From an uncultured Alphaproteobacteria bacterium (lineage in GTDB: Bacteria > Pseudomonadota > Alphaproteobacteria > Rs-D84): DNA of 48,414 nucleotides. The translations under genes and the position numbers were made by a program. The stretch covers positions 1 through 48,414 of the forward strand of contig CAJOHU010000002.1 in NCBI GenBank assembly GCA_905234465.1, in the 5' to 3' direction. How positions within the stretch are numbered: the first letter of the stretch is position 1; each line of letters opens with the position of its first letter. Below, one piece after another: positions 15,598-23,611 of this stretch. Below the pieces are notes generated by a model that saw only the letters and a program-made list of their open reading frames with translations, was not told where the DNA came from and did no database searches.

Positions 15598-15649
15598 ACG
15601 CTTTCCTTTTCTTTTCATATTGGTGTCCGGCGTTTTACCGCCGAACACC

Positions 15650-15700
15650 ACACTAACCCCTGCCCCACGAAGCCTTGGCGAAGTGGGGACTATCCACTAC
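15650..15700. repeat. 51-nt hairpin-containing repeat, copy A (abuts the thrS stop codon)
   Basis: ACACTAACCCCTGCCCCACGAAGCCTTGGCGAAGTGGGGACTATCCACTAC. It is an inverted copy of 17630-17680. Confidence 0.85.
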
Positions 15701-17430
15701 AGTGGCAATTTAATCGCATCTTTCATTTGTTCAACAAAATCTGCCAATGGGATTGTTTCTTGTTTTTCAATTCCCAACCTGCGCAATGTCACCGTCTTGT
15801 CACAAGATTCTTTTTCACCGACAACAGCGATGATTGGTGTTTTTGCCAAAGACAATTCGCGCACTTTATAATTTACCTTTTCATCGCGCAAATCTGCACG
15901 GGTATAGATACCTGCCGCACGCAAATCTGCGACAACCGATTCGGCATATTCACGATATTTTTCAGAAATCGGCACAACCACAACCGGTTCCGGCGACAAC
16001 CACAGTGGCAAATTACCACCGGTTGATTCAAGGAAAATACCCATAAACCGTTCAATAGAACCCAACATTGCACGATGCAACATAACCGGACGATGACGTT
16101 CGCCGTCTTCGCCTATATACGACAAATCAAATCGTTCCGGCAAATTCATATCTAATTGAACCGTACCACATTGCCAAGTCCGTCCCATAGAATCTTTCAG
16201 ATAGTTATCAATTTTTGGACCATAGAACGCGGCATCATTTTCTGCAATTTCATACTCAATGCCGTTTGTATCCAGTGCGTGTTTTAATGCGCCTTCTGCC
16301 CTATCCCAAACTTCATCTGAACCTATGCGAAATTCAGATAAAGGGCGTGTTGCCAACTTCATAGAAATTTTTTCAAATCCAAATGCGTTGTATATATCTT
16401 TAATCAATTTCAATATTTTTACAACTTCTGCTTCCAGTTGGTCTTCTGTACAGAATATATGTGCATCATCTTGGGTAAATTCACGCACCCGCATCAACCC
16501 CGCCAAACTTCCTGCGGCCTCGTACCGATTCACCTTGCCAAATTCTGCCAGATATAATGGCAAATCTTTGTAAGATTTAATTCCTTGACCGAACACCAAC
16601 ATTCCACCTGGACAAGACATAGGCTTTACACAGAAAACTTTACCATCTTGGGTTGTACCTGAATAATTATGTGCACCATATTTTGCCCAATGTCCGGAAC
16701 GTTCCCACAAAGACCTGTCCATAACAGACGGGGTAGAAATTTCCAAATACCCCTCACGATTTTGGCGCGCGCGTATATAGTCAATTAATCGGCGATAAAT
16801 CTTAAACCCTTTATCGTGCCAAAACACCGCACCCGGCGCATACTCTGGTTCAAAATGGAACAAATCCATTTCGCGCCCCAGTTTTCGATTATCGCGCGCG
16901 GCGGCTTCTTCCTGCATTTTAAGGAATTCATCCAACGCGTCTTTGCTTTCAAATGCATCAACATAAATACGTTGCAACATTTTATTTTTAGAATCACCTT
17001 TCCAGTATGCACCGGCAACATTGCGAATCTTGAACCCATCACGTGGTAAATCTTTACTTGATTCCACATGCGGCCCACGGCACAAATCGGTAAAGTCACG
17101 GAAAGTATACACAGATAATTTCTCACCCGCGGCATCGTATTCGTTCAACCATTCCATTTTGTATGGTTGGTCCGCAAAGATTTTCTTGGCTTCATCTAAA
17201 TCAACGATTTTTTGTTCAAAACGCCCATTTGATTTAATCAAATCGCGCATTTCTTTTTCTATTTGCGCAAAATCGGCTTCGGAAAAGCGATAATCGGTAT
17301 CAAAATCATAATAAAACCCGTTTTCAATCGCCGGACCACCCGCAAATTTAACATCCGGGTGTAATTTTTTAACCGCCGCCGCCATAACATGTGCCAAAGA
17401 ATGGCGTATCATTTCAATTGGATAAGACAT
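15697..17430 (-). CDS. thrS: threonine--tRNA ligase lacking the N-terminal TGS domain
   Basis: Begins at the editing domain (IRHSLAHVMAAAV, GFYYDF). Class II core (CRGPH, RVREFTQDDAHIF, WQCGTVQLD) and anticodon-binding domain are present. AGAGGA RBS. In-frame TAA stops lie 6 and 9 codons upstream. Confidence 0.9.
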   Translation of the reverse strand: MSYPIEMIRHSLAHVMAAAVKKLHPDVKFAGGPAIENGFYYDFDTDYRFSEADFAQIEKEMRDLIKSNGRFEQKIVDLDEAKKIFADQPYKMEWLNEYDAAGEKLSVYTFRDFTDLCRGPHVESSKDLPRDGFKIRNVAGAYWKGDSKNKMLQRIYVDAFESKDALDEFLKMQEEAAARDNRKLGREMDLFHFEPEYAPGAVFWHDKGFKIYRRLIDYIRARQNREGYLEISTPSVMDRSLWERSGHWAKYGAHNYSGTTQDGKVFCVKPMSCPGGMLVFGQGIKSYKDLPLYLAEFGKVNRYEAAGSLAGLMRVREFTQDDAHIFCTEDQLEAEVVKILKLIKDIYNAFGFEKISMKLATRPLSEFRIGSDEVWDRAEGALKHALDTNGIEYEIAENDAAFYGPKIDNYLKDSMGRTWQCGTVQLDMNLPERFDLSYIGEDGERHRPVMLHRAMLGSIERFMGIFLESTGGNLPLWLSPEPVVVVPISEKYREYAESVVADLRAAGIYTRADLRDEKVNYKVRELSLAKTPIIAVVGEKESCDKTVTLRRLGIEKQETIPLADFVEQMKDAIKLPL

Positions 17431-17579
17431 AATAAAATCCTCTAATTATTTTTGTTATTTTTTTGACTGATTGATTATATAAACGCGCCATTAAAAACGC
17501 AAATAAAAATTACCGCACCCCAAACGGGGTTGTAGTTGTCACGGTTGCGAAAGATAACAAAATGTTTTCCATACCCACT

Positions 17580-17607
17580 ATTATATTCCCCAAAAAAACA
17601 AAGTCAA
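17580..17607 (-). promoter_or_regulatory. sigma70-type promoter for thrS (TTGACT-16 nt-TATAAT)
   Basis: The minus strand reads TTGACTttgtttttttggggaaTATAAT. This predicts a ~140-nt leader containing the CCCCGTTTGGGG hairpin. Confidence 0.6.
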
Positions 17608-17611
17608 TATA

Positions 17612-17640
17612 TTAGTGTTAGTGGTTAGTGTTAGTGGTAG
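17612..17640 (+). repeat. TTAGTG/TTAGTGG tandem units (4.5 copies)
   Basis: TTAGTG TTAGTGG TTAGTG TTAGTGG TAG. The orientation is opposite to all other copies of the motif in the window. Confidence 0.85.
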
Positions 17641-17680
17641 TTTCCACTTCGCCAAGGCTTCGTGGAACAAGGGTTAGTGT
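17630..17680. repeat. 51-nt hairpin-containing repeat, copy B (inverted relative to copy A)
   Basis: The reverse complement is ACACTAACCCTTGTTCCACGAAGCCTTGGCGAAGTGGAAACTACCACTAAC. Stem CC/GG in copy A becomes TT/AA here, a compensatory change. Confidence 0.85.
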
Positions 17681-17771
17681 TCCAGAGAGCCGTCACACCG
17701 TATTATTAAACCCCGCCCTTGCGGCGGGGTCGCAGAGTGCAAGCGTAACGTGGCACGATGCGGGGGCGGGT
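17681..17771. other. GC-rich structured spacer sharing a 22-nt module with the 300-640 block
   Basis: GTTCCAGAGAGCCGTCACACCG matches 19/22 to the reverse complement of 537-558. CCCCGCC-CTTGC-GGCGGGG hairpin. The distal GGGGGCGGG can pair with CCCCGCCC. Confidence 0.5.
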
Positions 17772-17796
17772 AAAAAAAACGGTGGCAACCGCCACC
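17772..17796 (-). terminator. intrinsic terminator of the 17816..18430 gene
   Basis: The minus strand reads GGTGGCGGTTGCCACC G TTTTTTTT. Confidence 0.8.
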
Positions 17797-17815
17797 GTTT
17801 ACTAACCACTAACAC

Positions 17816-18430
17816 TTACAAATATGTACCACTTAAAGTATTCACTGTCCACAGCGTACAATCTTCCGCATCGCACCCAGACGGGTTTGATGCATAAGTA
17901 CTGTCACTGCACGCGGCACATGTCATATGTCCATTAAATGCCTGCGTGACCGCAGTATTTACATGATTCGCCAGGGCAAGATTGTTCGCCGTACCATTTT
18001 GACCCGTGGTATATGTACCCGCATATATTGCCTTATGATCTGTGGGGGCGCCACCGTTTGCATACAAAACAACCTGACCGTTGTAAGTACCGTCACCAAT
18101 TTTATCCTGTTTATCGGTCAACTTATCTTTAATCACACCCGTGGTCACCAACTTGGGTGAATTGTCGGCTTCATCGTCAAAATCCTGTGAATCATCTATA
18201 ATCACGCGCGAATTCGGATTTCCACCAGCATTAGGACCATCCGGATATGTGACCGCCGCACCTTCTGTACCACTCATAGCGTTTTGCAAATTGCCCACCG
18301 CGGATGTAACGTAACTGACACTGGTGACCGTCTTATAATCATTCGGATTATTAACCGGATCATCAACCGCGAACGCCCCAGAATTTGCCAAAACCGCCAT
18401 CATTGCGATAAATATATATTTAATTTTCAT
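17816..18430 (-). CDS. secreted protein of unknown function (fibre/adhesin-like motifs, Cys-containing C-terminus)
   Basis: Start at MKIKYIFIAMMAVLANSGAFA (ATG 18430, RBS AAAGGAGAA). An acidic stretch is followed by LVTTGVIKDKLTDKQDKI. C-terminus CAACSDSTYASNPSGCDAEDC. Confidence 0.7.
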   Translation of the reverse strand: MKIKYIFIAMMAVLANSGAFAVDDPVNNPNDYKTVTSVSYVTSAVGNLQNAMSGTEGAAVTYPDGPNAGGNPNSRVIIDDSQDFDDEADNSPKLVTTGVIKDKLTDKQDKIGDGTYNGQVVLYANGGAPTDHKAIYAGTYTTGQNGTANNLALANHVNTAVTQAFNGHMTCAACSDSTYASNPSGCDAEDCTLWTVNTLSGTYL

Positions 18431-18602
18431 GCATATTCTCCTTTCCCAAGTTTCTTGATATATACAGTATAACAAAAACGCATATTTGTGTCCACACCTT
18501 TTTTTGATTTTTTTATTTTTATTATAAACCCACTATTTTCTCTTTACTTTTTGGGCTTTTTTTTCTAATCTGAGCCGTGAAATATTAAAAAGGAGAAAAA
18601 TT

Positions 18603-18905
18603 ATGGAACAAGTAAATGTTGCTGAACCCGTCACAAATGTTGCCCAACAAAATGGTTGGGGCGGACTGTTCGTGTACTGTCTGGTTGCATTTGCGATTAT
18701 ATACTTTCTTATTGTGCGACCAAACAAAAAGCGTATGGCAGAATATCAAAAAATGATTGATTCTGTTGCCACCGGTGACCGTGTTATGGCGGCGGGCATT
18801 TACGGCAAAGTGAAAAAAATTAGCGATAAAACAATAGAAATGGAAATTGCCAAAGGCGTCGTTATTGAAGTCAGTAAAAACGCCATCGGCGCGGTTGAAA
18901 AATAA
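18603..18905 (+). CDS. yajC: preprotein translocase subunit YajC
   Basis: One TM segment, then RPNKKRMAEYQKMIDSV..GDRV..GIYGKV. Located upstream of secD. Confidence 0.9.
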   Translation: MEQVNVAEPVTNVAQQNGWGGLFVYCLVAFAIIYFLIVRPNKKRMAEYQKMIDSVATGDRVMAAGIYGKVKKISDKTIEMEIAKGVVIEVSKNAIGAVEK

Positions 18906-18916
18906 AAGGTTATATA

Positions 18917-20473
18917 ATGCTGAAAAAATTATTGGTTATTTTTGTGGCGGTGTTCGGTGTGCTGATGGCGGTGCCAACGATGGTACCAAATGCGACGAAA
19001 TATTTTCCATCTTGGATGCATCCGATATCATTGGGTCTGGACCTTAAAGGCGGTGCCCAGTTATTACTGGAAGTTGATACAACAACCATGCTGCGCGAAA
19101 AATCTGAACAGTTGTATGACGAAGTGCGCAGTGCCATGATTGACAGAAACAAAGGCGTAATTCGCTTTTCCAATTTGCGCGATGCCGACGGTGTTGTATC
19201 GTTTTCTTTGCGCGAAGGCGAAGATATATCCAAGGCCAAAGGTCGTTTGAAAAGTGTTTTTGGAAATACTGTTGATATATCTGTATCGGGACGCAATTTC
19301 AAATTGTCTTATTCCGATAAACAAAAACAGGAAATGACCGCAGACGCATTGGCACGCAGTATTGAAATTGTTCGTCGCCGTATTGACGCGTTGGGCACCA
19401 AAGAACCATCTATTCAAAGTCAAGGCGGCAAATATATATTGGTACAATTACCCGGTGTAGATAACCCAGAACACATCAAAGAACTTATTGGGAAAACCGC
19501 AAAAATGACTTTCCATTTGGTAAATGAAAATGTGTCCAGCGAACAGTTGGCGTCTGGGGTCGCACCGGCAGGAACGGAATTTTTGCCGTATATGGAATCA
19601 GAATGGAACAAAGTGCCGGTATATTCAAGAATTGAAGTTTCTGGGGAAAGCCTGAAAGATTCCCAGGCAGATTTTGACCAAAATAATATGCCGGTTGTGA
19701 CAACTGTATTTGATACTGCGGGCGCACGCCGATTTGCAAAATTAACCACAGAACACGTAAATGAAAGATTCGCAATCGTTTTGGATGGCAAGGTTTTATC
19801 TGCACCAACAATTCGCGAACCAATTCCCGGTGGACGCGGTCAAATATCGGGCGGATTCACATTACAGGGTGCAAAAGATTTGGCGGTCTTGTTGCGCAGT
19901 GGCGCATTGCCTGCCCCATTACAGGTCATTGAAGAACGCACCGTTGGTGCCGGACTTGGCGCAGACACAATCGCCCAAGGTAAAATTGGGTCTGCGATTG
20001 GGGTACTGTTGGTATTGTTGTTCATGGTAATTGTATATCGCAGTTTCGGATTGATTGCCGATATCGTTTTAATGGTTAATTTGGCGATGATTATCGGCAT
20101 GTCTGCATTGTTGGGCGCAACATTAACATTGCCTGGAATTGCTGGTATCGTGTTAACACTTGGTATGGCGGTTGATGCCAACATTTTGCCATTTGAACGC
20201 ATACGCGATGAAATGCGTTCGGGCGCAACGCCTTTGCGCGCAGTAGATTTCGGATTTAATCGTTCAATGAAAACTGTTTTGGACGGCGAATTAACAAACT
20301 TAATCTGCGCATTGATTTTGTTCCAATTTGGTGCAGGTCCGATTCGCGGATTCGCGGTGACACTGTCTATTGGTGTTATTACGACATTGTTCACATGTCT
20401 GATGTTATCGCGCGTATTGATAGATTGGTATATGGGCGGGAAAAACAAAAAAATTGGTTATATAAAAAAGTAA
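18917..20473 (+). CDS. secD: protein translocase subunit SecD
   Basis: 518 aa with a periplasmic domain plus six C-terminal TM segments. Motifs LGLDLKGG and GIAGIVLTLGMAVDANIL. Confidence 0.92.
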   Translation: MLKKLLVIFVAVFGVLMAVPTMVPNATKYFPSWMHPISLGLDLKGGAQLLLEVDTTTMLREKSEQLYDEVRSAMIDRNKGVIRFSNLRDADGVVSFSLREGEDISKAKGRLKSVFGNTVDISVSGRNFKLSYSDKQKQEMTADALARSIEIVRRRIDALGTKEPSIQSQGGKYILVQLPGVDNPEHIKELIGKTAKMTFHLVNENVSSEQLASGVAPAGTEFLPYMESEWNKVPVYSRIEVSGESLKDSQADFDQNNMPVVTTVFDTAGARRFAKLTTEHVNERFAIVLDGKVLSAPTIREPIPGGRGQISGGFTLQGAKDLAVLLRSGALPAPLQVIEERTVGAGLGADTIAQGKIGSAIGVLLVLLFMVIVYRSFGLIADIVLMVNLAMIIGMSALLGATLTLPGIAGIVLTLGMAVDANILPFERIRDEMRSGATPLRAVDFGFNRSMKTVLDGELTNLICALILFQFGAGPIRGFAVTLSIGVITTLFTCLMLSRVLIDWYMGGKNKKIGYIKK

Positions 20474-20485
20474 AAGGGTTGTGTT

Positions 20486-21349
20486 ATGAAATTGCATTTT
20501 ATGAAATATCGTAAATTATCTTACTGGGTTTCCGGTGTGTTGATTTTATTGTCTGTGATATCACTGGCGGTCAAGGGTCTGAATTATGGCATAGACTTTG
20601 CCGGCGGTATATCTATGGAGGTTAAATCTGTGGACACTGGATATGGTGTGGACAAAATGCGACATGATTTGGCGGCATTTAAGCCTGAATTGCAATCTGT
20701 TGATAATGATTCTATTTTGATTCGTGTTGGGTTGCCAAAGGGTGCAACCGATGCAGAACAAAATCAACGTGTACGCGAAATCAAAGACATTTTGGGAAAT
20801 CGTGTAGAATATTCCCAGGTACAAATTGTCGGACCAAAAATCGGTGGTGAATTGGTGCGTGGGGGTATTTTGGCGGTATTAGTTTCATTTATACTGATGG
20901 CGGTCTATATTTGGATTAGGTATCGTGGTGGATACGCGGTCGGTTCATTTGTATCTTTGGTTTTAGACTTTATATTGATGTTCGGTTTCTTTTCAATAGT
21001 TGGTTTGGAATTTAATCAGACCGCAATCGCAGTTATATTAATGGGTATCGGATATTCTATCAATGATAAAGTTGTGAACTATGACCGAATTGATGAAAAT
21101 ATAAAAAAATATCACAAAATGCCGATGGATGATTTAATAGATTTGTCGGTTAATGAAATGCTGTCACGTACATTGATGACCAGTATCACGACAATCTTGG
21201 CATTGATGGGGTTATTCGTATTTGGTGGTTTGGCTTTGCGCGACTTCGCCATTGCAATGACATTTTCGGTTATTATGGGAACACTTACCAGTATCTATAT
21301 TTCCAATGTTATTTTGTATCACTTTAATTTGCGTGAAACAAAATATTGA
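20486..21349 (+). CDS. secF: protein translocase subunit SecF
   Basis: GLNYGIDFAGG motif, C-terminal TM bundle, adjacent to secD. Confidence 0.92.
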   Translation: MKLHFMKYRKLSYWVSGVLILLSVISLAVKGLNYGIDFAGGISMEVKSVDTGYGVDKMRHDLAAFKPELQSVDNDSILIRVGLPKGATDAEQNQRVREIKDILGNRVEYSQVQIVGPKIGGELVRGGILAVLVSFILMAVYIWIRYRGGYAVGSFVSLVLDFILMFGFFSIVGLEFNQTAIAVILMGIGYSINDKVVNYDRIDENIKKYHKMPMDDLIDLSVNEMLSRTLMTSITTILALMGLFVFGGLALRDFAIAMTFSVIMGTLTSIYISNVILYHFNLRETKY

Positions 21350-21381
21350 TAAATTGACGCGGAATACAAAGGGGGGAATGT

Positions 21382-22890
21382 ATGAAGATTATAAAAATTT
21401 TTTGCGGAATATTGATTGGGGTGTTTGTGGCATGCGCCGCAGATGCGGATTCGTTGTTCTTTGATGACGAGCCAATTCAAGACGGCATAAATGTCGCACA
21501 GATGTCACGTGGATTCGCCGATATATATGAAAAATTGGATGGTGTAAAGTGGGGCGGTAAAAACATTGATGTTGCGATTGAAAGTTTGGAAAATATGAAC
21601 ACTCGTGCACATATCGCCGCAACAGATGAACGGGTTGTATTGGTATGGGGCGACACTATTATTGCGAATTATCCACGACCATCGGCACGCGATTGGAACG
21701 CGTTTGGTGAAATTACAACAGCACTGGTTTTAAAAATGCGTGAACGCGATGCGGGTCTGCGCGCCGCGGGTGAATCTGAAATTTATCGTGCGGTTGTTGA
21801 TGGTCTTATGCGCGGCATAGATGAAAGTGGTCGGTATATTTCATCCAACGATGCCGCCGCAGAAGATGGAAAAATATTAACCAGTATTGGCATAGAAGGC
21901 ATGCGTGACGAACGCGGGAACTTTCGCGTTTTGGGTGTGTATCGCGGATCACCGGCGGATGATTCTGGAATATCTGCGGGTGACTTGATTGGTGAAATAA
22001 ATGGGACATTGGTTTCAGATATGTCTGATTCGGTTCTGGCGTCAATGATGTCTGGGTTTAATTCTGGGACATTAAAAATGACATTGATGACACCGGGCGG
22101 AACAAGACGTGTGGTTGTACGCCGTGCCACCATCGTTTTGGCAGATACAGATATTGTTTTTATGGATGATGATAATGGCGGAATAATGGAAATCGTCGTA
22201 AACCGGCTGTCCAACAATACCGTTTCTATTGTAAGTGAAGCGTTAAATAAACATCCGAATTTGTCAGGAATCATTCTTGATTTACGCGCGGCATTTGGCG
22301 ACGATGAACGTGCGGCGGCAAAATTGGCAGGACTGTTTATTGGCGCGCATCCTGTTATGCGTGTTGTGGAAACCGCCGGTTCAGAATTAGAAGTCGTTCC
22401 ATCTGGGGTGGCGGTGACAGATGCACCGGTTGTAGTGGTTGTTTCAAATATGACCCGTGGCACCGCCGAAGCAGTTGCAATCGCATTCTATGAAACAGAA
22501 CGCGGTGTTTTAATTGGGACACCAACCGCGGGAACCGCACGCATCGCATCACATATAAAATTAGAAAATGGCGGCGTGTTGGAATTATTAAACAAGTCTA
22601 TCAAAAGTGGTAACGGCATCATAATTGATGGTCGCGGTGTATTTCCGATTGTATGCCTGTCTAACATACGCACATCACAACAACAAAATGCATTTTTCTT
22701 GAATGTAATAAACCGCGATTTTCGCGCCCAGAATTTTAATGATTATCCCGATATTGATGTTGAATCTGTGCGGCGCGGTTGCCCCACAATCACCAATGGC
22801 GAAGATGAAGATTTGTTGGCACGTTCAGTTGCAGTTCAAATATTAACAGATTCAAAAGTGTATAATCGCTTGTTAGATATCAGTGAATAA
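21382..22890 (+). CDS. S41 (C-terminal processing peptidase)-like PDZ protein, probable loss of the Ser/Lys dyad
   Basis: Signal peptide. PDZ segment (VLGVYRGSPADDSGISAGDLIGEING). S41 core ILDLRAAFG... is present. The SASASE position reads TRGTAE and the FGKG position reads AGTA. Confidence 0.7.
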   Translation: MKIIKIFCGILIGVFVACAADADSLFFDDEPIQDGINVAQMSRGFADIYEKLDGVKWGGKNIDVAIESLENMNTRAHIAATDERVVLVWGDTIIANYPRPSARDWNAFGEITTALVLKMRERDAGLRAAGESEIYRAVVDGLMRGIDESGRYISSNDAAAEDGKILTSIGIEGMRDERGNFRVLGVYRGSPADDSGISAGDLIGEINGTLVSDMSDSVLASMMSGFNSGTLKMTLMTPGGTRRVVVRRATIVLADTDIVFMDDDNGGIMEIVVNRLSNNTVSIVSEALNKHPNLSGIILDLRAAFGDDERAAAKLAGLFIGAHPVMRVVETAGSELEVVPSGVAVTDAPVVVVVSNMTRGTAEAVAIAFYETERGVLIGTPTAGTARIASHIKLENGGVLELLNKSIKSGNGIIIDGRGVFPIVCLSNIRTSQQQNAFFLNVINRDFRAQNFNDYPDIDVESVRRGCPTITNGEDEDLLARSVAVQILTDSKVYNRLLDISE

Positions 22891-22905
22891 TCAAAGGAAG
22901 TTTTT

Positions 22906-23559
22906 ATGTTTTTAACATCAGAAAATAAATTAAATTTTAATCGGTTGATATTTGGTGCGACACTGACATGTGTTCTGGTATTGACCGGTATTTTTTGGTT
23001 TGATATTCCCTTGTTTATGTTTTTACGCAGTTTTAATTGCGGAATATGGGATACCATCGGCACAATTTTTTCAGTCAAAAGTTGGCTGGTTGTATCTTTG
23101 TTGGTCGTGTTGATTTTCTATATCAAGAAAACCGTCCGTACGAAACCAAGACTCAGTTTGGTTGACTTTTATAATAAAGTAAAAGCAAGTTATGCGTTCT
23201 GGATTTTTTCAGCGGTATTTTTGGCTATATCAACTGGGGCAATTTTGAAATTTATAATTGGTCGTATGCGCCCCGTGTTTTTTGAAGCGTTGGGAATAAC
23301 TGGATTTTTCCCATTCACATACGATGATGCGTTTCATTCTATGCCATCTGGACATACAATGGCTTCCTTTGCGGGATTGGTCATGATTGGAATGTTGGCG
23401 CCACGGTGGAAATATTTTTCATGGGGGTTGGCAACTATCATTGCGATTTCACGCGTATGTGCCGGCATGCATTGGCCATCAGATATTATATTTGGGGCAT
23501 TTTGGGGTATACTGTGTGCAGAACTGGTTCATGCATGGATGGTTCGCCGTATAAAATAA
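22906..23559 (+). CDS. PAP2-family membrane phosphatase
   Basis: Motifs KFIIGRMRP, PSGH and SRVCAGMHWPSD. Confidence 0.85.
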   Translation: MFLTSENKLNFNRLIFGATLTCVLVLTGIFWFDIPLFMFLRSFNCGIWDTIGTIFSVKSWLVVSLLVVLIFYIKKTVRTKPRLSLVDFYNKVKASYAFWIFSAVFLAISTGAILKFIIGRMRPVFFEALGITGFFPFTYDDAFHSMPSGHTMASFAGLVMIGMLAPRWKYFSWGLATIIAISRVCAGMHWPSDIIFGAFWGILCAELVHAWMVRRIK

Positions 23560-23585
23560 AATTTACAGCAGACTGTTATTTTGTC

Positions 23586-23611
23586 TTTTTTTGTGATACA
23601 ATGCCCATGAT
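23586..23611 (+). promoter_or_regulatory. extended -10 promoter module TTTTTTTGTGATACAAT, 9 nt before the ftsK ATG
   Basis: TACAAT at 23597-23602 and the ATG at 23612. No SD sequence lies between them. Confidence 0.45.

Noticed and set aside
15650-17680. Composite transposon carrying thrS
   Set aside because: No transposase or IS-like ORF lies between or next to the inverted repeats. The repeats are only 51 nt and resemble the dispersed hairpin module. This is retained as a finding about the repeats, not called a mobile element.
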